DNA from: Saccostrea cucullata
Lineage: Eukaryota
Length of the DNA: 64,000 nucleotides
NCBI RefSeq assembly: GCF_032062105.1
Contig: NW_026926145.1
Coordinates: 124,001 to 188,000 of the forward strand
Reading direction: 5' to 3'
Program-made: the position numbers and the translations under genes
Part shown: in pieces, positions 53,101-64,000 of the stretch
Layout: the number at the start of each line of letters is the position of its first letter
Position numbering within the stretch: the stretch's first letter is position 1
The notes under the pieces: generated by a model
Databases searched by the model: none
The model's input: the letters and a program-made list of their open reading frames with translations, nothing else
What the model was told of the DNA's origin: nothing

Positions 53101-56100
53101 AATATGTGACAAATGGCTCATCACTGATGTACATTAGCTACCTGTGTGTATACGCTAAGTTATTAGGAAATAAAACACCACCAGAAGGAGGCGTGTCTTG
53201 ACTGAATTCGATGACAAGGCACACCGTTGATTCGCTTCGACACAGACAGGTGTGATTTCATTGCTATTTTCACTTGTGGGTACAAGGGTAGAATCTAGGA
53301 AAATATTTTTATGGCAAGCTTTTTTTGGGAGTGAATTTTGTCCCACAATAAATCTACCCTGAAGATAACCAGGTGTTGGAAAGGTCTCTGATCTAAAATC
53401 AACACAATTTTAAGTACACAGGACCAAATAAGAAGTCTAGATCAAATATTTTGTCAATTTTTACATTCTACACATAACTTGCCTTGCAATCTAATTTAAG
53501 CCTATTGTAAGCTCTTTTCCATCCTAAACTGCACATTGTAAGCCGACAAGGGGAAGTAAATCTGATCTGCAATCCATCAATACTCTGCAAGCAGCTAATA
53601 AAATCTTAACCTCTCAATGACTGAAATATTTCTTATGTTGTATACCTCATCTTTTTTTTCTGACCTTAATTAAGTCTGGGGGATGGAGATCTAGCTTTTA
53701 TTTTTATTTTATTTTATGCATTGCTACCATGAAAACTGATAAGATGATCTAGGGTGTGACCATTAATTGATTTTCTACCCTCTAACATGTAAACACATGT
53801 AATAAGAATAAAGGTCAGATGCACATAGTCCATATATCACATGACATTACCCCTATAGGTGATTTCAGTAACCATAGATTCTGATTTGAGGTTCGAGATG
53901 AAAAATTAACTCCCTTAGCAATTTTTTGTAATAATGATAATGCATGTACAAGCAAGACACAGGTACATGTAATGATATTAAAGCAAGTTCACACATAAAA
54001 CACTTAGTCAGACTATGATTTAATTTTAATTCAGCTTTAACCATGTTTATCATATATACTGGGGTAGGTTCATTATACCCCGGCCCCGCTTGAAAAGTGG
54101 GAGAGTATAGTGATCAGGCGCGGATCCAGAAATTGAAGTTAGAGGGGGCGCCAAATGTAGGCAAGGGGTCTGGGGATTCTAAAGATTTTGTAGGGTAAAA
54201 ATGGGGTCTACCAAGCAGACATATTTATATTTTCTAGACGAAACTGTGATTTACGTTAACTTTGACAATTTAGGGGGGGCGCGCACCGGGTGCGCCCCCC
54301 CCCCTTAAATCCGCCACTGGTGATGGGGAGTCCATTTGTCTGTCTAGCTGTCTGTACATCCATTTGTGCTATTGTACACCTTCTATTTTACTTTTTGATT
54401 TGTCACTTATTTTGGGTCTAGCTCCCATAGCAAATCATGGACTTCGCCATTATAATGATATGGGAAGTGGGGGTATCATGTAGTGAGCTTTATAGTGCTC
54501 ACAGTCCATCTATTTGTTTTTGTGCATATGCAGATTTTATTTTTGACTTTTCTTTAATCTCCAGTGACTGTTTGGTGGAATTTCTAGACTGCCAACAGTA
54601 AATATAATAAAATATTAACACTAAATTATGCTATTCATTATTTTCTGAAAGTGAACACTGACTTAACAAAACTTGAAATAGTGAATGTGTCTAACGGTGG
54701 GCAGCCTCATTATAGGCCCCAGTATTCCCAAATTTACCTTTAAATCAGGTACCCCCTACTGCCTCTAGAAATTAACCATACATTTTACCATATAATAAAT
54801 CAGACATTTCATAAATACTTCATAAATTGACAAAGATACAGATATTTAATTTCATTGCTATGTCAAAGTATTTCAAAAGCAAATATGTACCATTATTAAA
54901 AAGTCCTTTAAATTATGGCCTTAACTTGTGGTCCAATAATTATTTTTAATAAAGTCTAACTCATATTTTATAAATTCTATCACATATTGATAATTATCAA
55001 TATGAAATGTGGATAAAAGTTGATGAGACATTGAATTGCTCACTTTGCTCAAGTTCTAAAATATACTGCTGGAATAATTTCATACAACATTTATAAAATA
55101 TTGCCTTTCAAAGGACCTCATTGTGACTGAACCATCAAAGCTAGAGACTGAATACCAAGAGTCAAGGACAGATCGGGCTGATGTATATTTTGATATATAT
55201 GTAACAGAGTAACCGAATTCTTATTTCTAACACAAAGGTCCTTAAAAGTCATCAAACTTGAAATCAAAGTAGCTTTTCTGACACTTGTTCAAAGCTATAT
55301 GCCATCATAAACTATTGATGTATAGAAATCGGCTATGTACACCTTTTTTCTGGTCTAAATCAGCCTCGATTGGAATAGAGTACAGTGGGGTAAACTTACT
55401 CATTATGAGAAGGGTATATATCTTCTGATGGCTCCCCCAAACCAGAATCTTTGTCACCCTCCAAAACAGAACACGATTCCACTATCACAGACTCCGTGTT
55501 ACTTTGTTTTGAAGCTGAAAGTCCCATTATTAATTAAAGCAAACACCACACAATATTTGATGTTTAGTACATATATCTTCCAGATTAGAAGTCTTGATCC
55601 TTTGAAAAATTACTATAAATTGTCCTCTTCATTTGAAAGTTTAGTATTTTCCAGATAAGAAGTCTTCAGCACTTGAAAGTGCACCAGCCATCTTCCAGAT
55701 CAGAATGAAGTCTTGATCATTTGAATGTTTAATATGGCTATCTACTAGATCAGAAGTCTTCTTCCTTCAGATGTTTTCTATCTTCCAGATCAGAAGTCTT
55801 CTTCCTCTAAATGTTTACCTTCTTCAATATCAGAAGTCCTCCTTAATTGTTATTATTGGTAGAGAGTCACAGAATGAACCATCATGGCTGTCTGTGACAT
55901 AAGAGCAATGCCAGGCAGGTAATGAATTAGAAAATGGCCAGTGTTCCAGACAGTGGCGATCAATGTCTCTGTGTTAGATGACACCAAACTCATGTTGTTT
56001 GTAGGTAAAACTTAACCCTCGTGAGCAGAATTCCAAGCTCTGGGTGCACTGTGTCACCTGCCACAGGAACCAGGAGCGGGTGATACCCACCAACGTCTTC

Positions 56101-58151
56101 CAATGTCAGAATATCATGTTGTCTCCACATCCATCTGGGTGAGGGATTAATGGCTTGTGATTCTGCTAGACTGACATCTCACAGCTCCCTCACATATGTT
56201 ATTACAGAGAGAATATCTACCCATCATAAAAATTCCTTGAATAGTATCCAAGCTTGTGATGCAAAGAGGTGCAATGCTATAAAATGTATTGGCCTTGTGA
56301 CTTTGGTTTGAAGTGTTTGCTGCCTCTTTTATGGTTTATATTAAATATTTCATGCCGTCTTATTATAGGGTGCCACATTTCATGATTTACCAATATGGGT
56401 TGTTCCTTCATCCTGCTTGTTACAGAGAGTAAGAATAGTATATATACCTATTATTTTCTTGTAAGACAAATTAACCAGGTGTTTTTTTGTTTGTTTGTTT
56501 TTTTGTTTGTTTTGGTTTTTGTTTTCATTTTCCTATGTTAGGGTATCACCTGACAGTGATTAACAGAGTTAATTAAGCCGTAACTGTTTTAATTTGGTAC
56601 AAGTGACTGAGCCAGAACTTAGAAAAGTAGAATCAGACTGAGAGCCAAGACCGCAGACAGCAGTGGGCTATAGTGGTACAGCGTGTAATAATGGGGTCAG
56701 CCATGCAGCGGAGGATATATCTACCCGATCGTGTCATCCGTCCCGAGATCAAACGCACTCGGGTTACCACTGCTATCCCACAAGGCCAAACAGATAACTC
56801 TGATCCACAGAAGACCAAACCACAAATGCGGGGCCAATAGTTTTATGTGCTCAGTCCTTTAAATAATTAGAACTACCAATTTATAGAAAAGGAGATTTGC
56901 TTTACTAGTGACATAAAAAGCATTGAGTTGGTATTGTTTAATCTCTATTAAACAGCAAAGGCAGGTCTGGGCAGTAATATTTGTTAGAGGTGTGGAAATT
57001 TAAACATAGAATTTCTGTTCAGGCAGAATAATTTTATTAGATATGGGGTTTTAAGTGATTTCAGTCATATTTGTTTAGAAATTATATTCATTATATTGAC
57101 AACAACGACAGAATTCTCGACCATGTTCTAAATTTGTTTCATTATTTAGAAATTCCTTAGAGCCGGCTTTTCACATTTGACTGCACATGACAGGAACTTG
57201 ATTAAATCTTTTTGTCAGTTTTTCATCCATAAAAATATTTGACTAATATAATAACAAGCATTTATGGGTAAATTAGAATTCAAGGTTAAAAGGCTATCAA
57301 TGTCTCAGAAAGAATGCTTTGTGGAAGAACTAAGGGGACTAGATCCTCAAGTGTATGTGGCACGGGTACGTCCACGATTTATGAGGCCTCAGGCGCCAAA
57401 ACGGGCACTAATGCCATCTATTTTACTGCAATTACTAATACATTGAAGAAATTGTAAAAATGGAGGAAACAACCATTTAAAGATTTTCAATATAAACTAA
57501 TACACAATATTTTTCAACCAGAAGATAATGATCGAGCCAAACACGTGCCTATAATGTATGATAGGACGTAAATAACTCAAATTGGTTTAAATTATTTTTG
57601 GCATGTCACATTAAAGTACAGTTTAAATTCAAACAATACTCTTTAACTACTTAAATTTATATCTAAATTGCAAAAATTAACATATCATTATAACTTAATG
57701 TAATATGTTCTATCATGAAGGTAACACATAAACTGTTTTCAGACAATTAGAAAACAGATATTTAGACCATTTAGCTAAAGTAACTACTATAGTCAAACTT
57801 GAAATGGGCACCATATATGAATTCAAACAAAAAAATTACTGCTACCAACAATTTAATTCAAATTAAATTTTTTTACGTACTGAAAGCTCTCGACCCTGCG
57901 TTGCCTCGGCTTCATTTTCTCTGCTGATCTTGGATCGTCTGTTGTTGTAGCGATGTCATCCTGGTTCCCAGACTGATTCCTTTCCCGCTCCTGGACTTCT
58001 CGCGATCGATGAAGAAATGAAGAAGACCTAAGAATCTTCACACTCGACTCAAGTTTGGAGGTCCCCCTGTTAGAGGAAATAAGACCACTGGTTATTAATG
58101 AAGGTGTTGTTGAAGGGTTATCGAAATATTTTTCAAAACCACTTGGGGTTA
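22852..58151 (-). CDS. SHROOM: Shroom-family actin/ROCK scaffold (ASD2 domain), 5'-partial, ~2215 aa in window; exons 57881-58151, 41972-42371, 38457-41732, 37868-37920, 29578-30375, 25390-26565, 24526-24664, 24322-24423, 23525-23698, 22852-23112
   Basis: ASD2 signatures EELE..VKEF....DPKLSSML...MQYMDGLF, YWVSPSKALIEM, EKDKFKTYIGDMEKIILLLLKVSGLLARAENSL and DYKYYVKMKSKLTIEKQELVDKIALGEEQIAAL. Long S/P-rich region with PPAPPVRD and LPPPPP. All ten exons join in frame (6650 nt). Confidence 0.92.
23194..23475. mobile_element. TA-CTGT-type MITE containing a copy of the adjacent Shroom exon start
   Basis: TACTGTAGATTACTAAATTTTTGCG...CGCAAATAAAAAGTGATTAACAGTA; 23363-23450 duplicates 23050-23150. Confidence 0.78.
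23525..23698 (-). CDS. SHROOM: Shroom ASD2 exon
   Basis: VQKAVDKNCKTQHEKDKFKTYIGDMEKIILLLLKVSGLLARAENSLQSLPKDTNERLK|gtaag. Confidence 0.95.
24322..24423 (-). CDS. SHROOM: Shroom ASD2 exon
   Basis: EELVESIQKKMDKLKEEKEEVTKELEETESLGIE|gtaat. Confidence 0.93.
24526..24664 (-). CDS. SHROOM: Shroom ASD2 exon
   Basis: EKSPLPANYWVSPSKALIEMNIRQSEG...DKLIKTK|gtcag. Confidence 0.92.
25390..26565 (-). CDS. SHROOM: Shroom exon (disordered region plus start of ASD2)
   Basis: ttccag| to |gtaagt, phase 2/2, within ORF 25386-26612. Confidence 0.92.
29578..30375 (-). CDS. SHROOM: Shroom proline-rich exon
   Basis: ttttcag| to |gtgagt, phase 2/2; PPPPVPP, PALPPR and ELPPPPPE. Confidence 0.9.
37868..37920 (-). 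CDS. SHROOM: Shroom 53-nt small exon (absent from ORF track)
   Basis: ttttccag|VRSVSVADHNAEESADQ(S)|gtaggt; converts phase 0 to phase 2 as the flanking exons require. Confidence 0.82.
38457..41732 (-). CDS. SHROOM: Shroom giant exon (3276 nt, 1092 codons)
   Basis: tttcag|DLSQKQRP...QLNIDE|gtgggt within the 1119-aa ORF. Confidence 0.9.
41972..42371 (-). CDS. SHROOM: Shroom exon (S/H/R-rich)
   Basis: ttttcag|GRSKTRHSSS...MKGWNTVQ|gtaagc, phase 2/0. Confidence 0.87.
51449..51868. mobile_element. G/C-tract non-autonomous DNA element
   Basis: Starts CAGGCATGGATCCAGGAATT..GGGGGGGG and ends CCCCCCTCTAGATCATG; the start resembles CAGGCGCGGATCCAG at 54115. Confidence 0.6.
51874..52359. mobile_element. 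Tc1/mariner-pogo-type MITE, long copy
   Basis: TA-CAGTAAAACATGTTTA...TAAACATGTTTTACTG-TA perfect terminal inverted repeat; multiple subterminal CGGATATAACGAA repeats. Confidence 0.88.
54073..54517 (+). mobile_element. HINE-like element interrupted by a nested insertion
   Basis: TTATACCCC..CCCGCTT-GAA-AAGTGGG..GTATA hairpin, GTCTGT microsatellite relic (54338-54356), 3' GGGGGTAT plus a GTGAGC..GCTCAC hairpin. Confidence 0.7.
54115..54319. mobile_element. 205-bp TIR element with 5-bp target duplication GTGAT
   Basis: CAGGCGCGGATCCAG...TTAAATCCGCCACTG, flanked by GTGAT at 54110-54114 and 54320-54324. Confidence 0.78.
55574..55844 (+). repeat. Degenerate minisatellite, six copies of core TCTTCCAGATCAGAAGTCTT
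   Basis: Cores at ~55576, 55647, 55691, 55741, 55781 and 55821. Confidence 0.85.
57881..58151 (-). CDS. SHROOM: Shroom upstream exon (most 5' exon identified)
   Basis: Strong acceptor cttttcccccttttcag; open frame TPSGFEKYFD...KMKPRQRRVESF(H)|gtacgt. The phase-2 end fits 42371; the phase-1 start needs a further upstream exon that I did not find. Confidence 0.72.
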
Positions 58152-58729
58152 CTGAAAAGGGGGAAAAGATAAAAATGAAACTTTATACAAACAATATTGA
58201 CACCAATTTAATACAAGAGGAGCAATAGTAGGGAAGATCAAGGTCCTCAAGAAGCTTGTGATTACAGGAATACCCAGTTATTGATAGTCTACGAACAATT
58301 TCTTGAACAATGCCTGCAGATCTTGTTACATAGTGTATTGATAAGCTTTTTGTTAGATCATGATGAAAGATTTTCTATAAAATTGAGAATCATTCTGCCT
58401 ATATATCATAGCATGATTGCAGGTGAAAAGGTTTTTATTGTAGCTAAGACCACAAGAATCACAGACTTATAATGACAGACCCACACTGGGGATCTGCAAT
58501 ACCAACATGTGATAGGCCGCAGCTTTTTATTTGTTCAAAGTTTCCCATTCTTTGCATTAAATACCATGTTTGCTCCCTTAACAATGGGGATTGCACCACA
58601 TACCTCTGCACATTAAATTACACCACTAGTTACAAAGCAACACAAGCAAAAAATAAACTACCGTCTCTTTAGCTTTCAAAAGCAAAACGTTTTTACATTT
58701 TCTTTACAAATGCTTTAATGTAAAGTCTC

Positions 58730-58844
58730 ATAATTACAGAAAGAGAAAGTAACCATGCAGTAACTGATTGAAGGACTATACTGGGATTCAAACTGGGACC
58801 CTTGAATCTCCAGTCAGGTGCTCTACTGTCTCAGCTATTTGGCC
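58730..58844 (-). mobile_element. tRNA-derived SINE-like copy
   Basis: The minus strand reads GGCCAAATAGCTGAGACAGTAGAGCACCTGACTGGAGATTCAAGGGTCCCAGTTTGAATCCCAG, similar to 11675-11757. Confidence 0.6.
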
Positions 58845-61800
58845 ACTGGAATCAAATCCTAATTTGCAATCAGTTAAACACTGCATCAGTCCAGTACTTC
58901 TGGTGTACAAACAACTTTCTCATTGACAAAAAAAAAAAATAAACAACACTTATGTTATTTCCTTGAAAAAAAAAAAAAGCTTTTAAGAAAACTTTCCAAA
59001 CCATATGTAACAGAAGAATCACCTGACAAGTTTCATGTAATCCACGTAGTTTAGACTCGACTGTCTCTTCATTTTACAAAAAATTAATTAAAATGAACTT
59101 TTACAGTTTCTCCACAATTTTAGATTTCTCAGCAAATTTCTCTTTCCACAGTCATTTGAAGTAACAGTCCTAAATCCATTTGCTAAGAATCAAATCAGTG
59201 GTAAAACAGACAATCCTGATGACAAATGCTGTTTTAAACTTTGGCAAAATCCTAATATATGTGATTTTATCAGATTTTGTTTTAAAGAACTATTCATCCC
59301 TTCCCAAGCTTAGCATGTTAGATTGTATTATTGTACACGCTCTACCCTAGTTCTTTCATCTTTCACCTAAACTTCCCGATATTATAATGTCACTTGTCCC
59401 AGTTTTGTTAGAAATGTATCAATTACAAGAAACTGTAACAGTATATCCCACACCAATGTTAAAAACTAAATAGAAGACCCAACAATATTCCCTAATTCCT
59501 ACATTTAATGTACCATAAAAGTCGGTTTTGGTGGGATTTTGTTGTTGTTGTGTGGATGTAGCTATTTAACAAGAGTAATTTTATAGTGTCCTGCCACCCA
59601 TTTACATGTCAGCTGGGCTTCTGTATTAAGAGGTTGCCCTCCATTGCTCCAAATCTAGATAGCTTTGTTTCGAGCTCCGGTGTCAAAGTATGACACAACA
59701 TGTCCCCTGTCCCTAACTTTAACCCGATACACTCAGATACAAACATTCTTTGGCGGCCCTTAGGATTTACGTACCCTTTCTTTAACAGCCCTACTGGGTG
59801 CATGGTACTAGACAGGCACTGACACTCTCCGGTTGCTCTGACAGGCCTCATATAATGGTACATGTACTCACTAAGCACTAACAATAGGAAGTCAAAAGGC
59901 CCTACTCATGACTGGTATCCAAAAGGCAATCATGTCTAAGTCTTATCCGAGTATTCCACATTCTGTACTGGATGATTATACTCAGCTTCTTTCCTATTTT
60001 GATAAACTTACTGGAAAATAAAGATACTGAACAGGCAAAGAAGAGCAATTTACCAAAGTAGGAGCATGATGAATGCTCAGAACCCCTCCCTCCACCTTCA
60101 ATTTATCATTTACTCCCCCCTCCCCCTCAGAAGTTAATACAAAGGCATCCTTAGTTATCAAGTGCTGCTCTTCTTTAATTTGGCATTTAAATTTGGGCAA
60201 ATATAAGATAAACTTATTTGTATCTAATTAACTGACAAAGTTTTTTGACCCTCTAAGGTGCAGAAAAAATGCAAATATGAATAACACTGAATCACTTAAA
60301 GGAATTCTTAAAATTACATTTTTGGCTGCAAAAGGAATATTCATAACAAAATAAATAATAGCAATGGTATTTTGATAAATGAATTTAAAGGTTTGGGTTT
60401 TTTTTTCTGTGGTTTGTATTGTTGCATCAGACAAAGGTCAGTGAGTACAGGGGAACCAGCTTAGGTCTACTCCTTCTTAAGAACTTGTCCTTAATATATC
60501 TTTTGAATCATTCATAAAACAATAATGCATCATTAAAAACAGAAAGATTTATAAAGTCCTTAAGAAGAACCCTTTCCCTTTGCAATGATATTTCAAAGTA
60601 AAGAGCTACGAATATTGATAAAATCAAGTAGACTATTTCAAATCTTACATGCAAGAACTTTTGACAATCACATGCAGACATAAAATTTTACAATCAACAT
60701 TCCAGATTTACAAGTATCTATATATTTACATTTTTAATTACCTGGCCAGCAATTATTATTCATAAGCGTTATGGATGATCAAAACTTTTATATACAAGTA
60801 CCAAAAGGAGATAGGAATCATTATTTCAGTGATTTTCAAACACAGAAGAAAATCTTGGTAAATACATTTAAGGAGGGTGGACCAATTTTACATTCATCAT
60901 ATACAATGGTGTAATCACTAAATTACAAAGGGATCTGGCAGAATTACAGGTTTTGAAGAGAGAATTATTTACTACACCTGCATGATGACATTAAAGCAAA
61001 TATTTCATAAAATTTTAAGTGTTGTATAGCAATAGGAAAGGATTTTATTAAAGAAATTAAAGGTTTTCTTCTTCACACAGTTTTTTGTTGTTTTTTTTTT
61101 TTACTTTACAATTTTTTTTTTCATTTATTTTCTTATTGTAATTTTTTTTTCAAGGCTGTAGATACACAATTCAAAAATGAAATTCAACACATTTTAATTA
61201 TCCAGGTGTATTTTATGCTTTGAAACTAATGATCCAAGGTGTTGAACATGAAAATACCTTTATGTATAGACAGAATTTGATTATTATTTAGAGAGAGAGA
61301 GAGAGAGGTAAAAATATATATACTTACAAACTTTAAGTACAAATCTTCCCTACAATTATAACTTATAGTTATACCAAAGACAAGACTTAATTGGCGGTCT
61401 CCAGGAAAAAAGAAAAGAAATTCTCTGTGTAACATAAAATTAAAGAGGGTCAAATCATTTAGTCCCAGGGTGAATGCCCTTAAATAATTTTACAGGCTAA
61501 CCAAATATTGAACATGAATTCAATATTAAGCTTTATTTTAATGCACTTAACCTTTCAACATGTATCAAATAACCAATTTAAGAAGCTTTGAAATAGTACA
61601 TAGGAAAACATTTTCTACTTTCAGAAGTGTTCTTTAACAAATATTTGCTCATTATAAGATGAAATTTGTTGTTGTCAAGTGCTGATTATAAACCACTGAT
61701 CATTTGATCTCCTGGAAGTAATCTAATTGGTTAAGTCTCTTCTTGTAAACTTTTGTTACAAATACCCCCAAAGGATAAACTGGAACCCTAGCTCTAAAGA

Positions 61801-64000
61801 TGAAAAAGAGGACCAATTTCTGATTTTCTCCCCCTTAAGCTACCTTTGCAGTCAAAAGGTGATGTTTATTGTTAAAAAAACCAAAACATTGAATTGGTTA
61901 CAATTCATCCTTAATTTAATACCAGGATTTGTCTAGACTACAATGAAGCTAATGACCTTTGCAACATATAAGGCAAACAAGAAAGAAAACTGTACATCTG
62001 AATCGGCGTTGGAATGAACAGATAGATATCTGATGTGCAACAAAAATGATTAAAGGTAGCCCAGCTGTTAGGCAATGTCTACTGATGACAATGGCCATTG
62101 TAAGAGCATCAAACCAAACAGAAGACGACTGCAATTCCCGATCGTTATCACAGTCTATCTCTGATCTAACGATTAAACACCTGAACCCAAAATAAAGGTA
62201 AAAAACACCTTGTTTTTAACAAATGGACCAAACCTATAAAATGCTCACTCTGAAATCCATTATCTAATTCTTTGAGAAACTGTATCCTTTAAATGACAAA
62301 CAAGCACTTAGAGGACCTGGTTACAGAGACATTTTGTTCCTTAACTTACCCAATCTGACATGCTGCACTGGAGCAGAAAAAGTATATAAACCTGAGTATA
62401 TAAAAACATACATGGTTTATGGCAAAGAAGTTAATAGGATTAAGTTATAAACCTTGATAGGATGCACAACTCATGTTTTCTTTCAACAAACTTTAGTTTA
62501 ATTCAATAAATCCTCTTTAAACATCCATTTCTAGTGATATTCCCAAAACTCAAATCAAAAAATAAAGTATTCCAACTTTCTGTTACTGGAAAATATTCTA
62601 GCTCCTCCATCAATTTCTTTACTATATGTCTAAATTTTAATGTCCAGAGTGTTACCATTTACTATAGTATGCTGCTGATCAAAATTCTTCGAAAAAAATG
62701 AATCCACCAACCCAATGAATGAATTCATGGACTGGTAGCTAACAAGAAAGTCTGCAGACTGGTGACAGTAGAATTCTATCAGTGTCATCCATGTTGACCA
62801 CTGGTCAGTATGTTTGTAGTAAAAAGTATGACCACATCAAGCAGGTTACCATTAATGATAGAATGTCTCTTCTTATGCTCCTTGTTAAAGGTTAATTATG
62901 GTGAATCTTGCTCATGGATGGATAACCATTCCGAAATAGATTTTCCTCAGGTTTTTTTTCCACCTTTCATCACAATTAATCTAAATGGAATTTGACTCCA
63001 AGTTTTGACAAGTCTGTAGATTTAGAAAAATTCTTGTTTTAAGAATCTGACATTTCCTGTCAACATTGGTCACACAAAGTCTTCTGTACAATGTGCATTT
63101 CTAACAACACGGTGCATGCTATGGTTGACGCATTTAATCGCTGCCACGACATGATGACAAGGCAATGGAATCTTGTCCAGTTCGTCAGCCCTTTCTAACT
63201 TAACATGGTCGAAGTCAGAGTTACAACAAGGAATGACAAATAATTAGGAGAATGATTTCATTCTCATTGAACTCGATTTGCACTTCAAGGTTATTATCAA
63301 CAGTCACTAAATTATAATTATTATATGCAAAGAAAAATCATTCAGTGCAATACACTAAACATGCAATGATTCTAATATGAATGCCTGTACCCAGTTTAAA
63401 TATTGATTCCTTACCAATATCATTAAGAATTCAATCTTTGTGCCTTTCATCTCTAAGTACATATTTTTTTCATTTCATTTATTACATAATAAAAATCCCT
63501 GCTTTAGGTACGAAGTTATGCAATAGGGGTAACAATTACTCCAATTTCTAACATGGATCAATTCTACGGAAGAACTCTATTCAATAATGCAAACTTTGCA
63601 GGTTTGAGCACTTGGTATTCAGTGAAGAACACATATTGATTCTGGCTTCTACAAAAGTTTATCTATTTTAAAGGTAGATAATATTATTTCTTCAATCAAC
63701 AAAAACTTTAATATATTTACCAAAAAAAAAATAAACTGTACCTTATAGGTTTTTCATCTAAGCAAATTAATTGATTTGAACATACCCTAACCCAGAAATG
63801 TTACTGAAACAAATCTTCATGTCATTGTGTCAAATATTAAGCCCAAAACCATTCTATAAGAAAATTTACATCTTTCCCTTAAATTAGTATCTTTATTTTT
63901 GGCTATTGACAATGCTGTTGCTTTTACTAAAACAGTCTCCAACAAAAGCACTGCAAGGCAAAGAATCCCCTCACTGAGAGCCAGTTCTTTGATTTTTGTT

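Noticed and set aside
55574-55844. CRISPR array
   Set aside because: Eukaryotic intron, degenerate repeats, linkers of unequal length that are related to each other, and no cas genes.
58152-64000. Further Shroom 5' exons, such as a PDZ domain
   Set aside because: I could not recognise a convincing exon or PDZ-like peptide; the region looks intronic, although small exons could be missed.

Overview
This is AT-rich, intron-containing animal DNA, most likely a bivalve or oyster; that assignment is inferred from the Helentron/HINE-type satellite elements, MITEs and tRNA-derived SINEs. I reconstructed three spliced genes by hand, all with GT-AG boundaries and consistent phases. (1) TRMT9B-like tRNA methyltransferase: minus strand, 3180-6798, 684 aa, with the SAM-methyltransferase fold interrupted by a ~460-aa low-complexity insert. 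(2) Mitochondrial lipoyl synthase LIAS: plus strand, 12603-18825, apparently head-to-head with TRMT9B, with an anomalous exon 2. (3) A large Shroom-family gene: minus strand, 22852 to at least 58151, ~2,200 aa in this window, with a C-terminal ASD2/ROCK-binding domain and a 5' end probably beyond the window. The rest is intron or intergenic DNA with many non-autonomous elements. The most interesting observations are TA-CTGT MITEs that carry copies of adjacent host DNA (one creates a duplicate splice acceptor that could truncate Shroom ASD2), the frameshifted or intronised LIAS exon 2, LC8- and SH2-type motif clusters in the Shroom disordered region, and candidate internal Shroom first exons. 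I found no prokaryotic system, CRISPR array or autonomous transposon, and nothing I can call a demonstrated new biological system.
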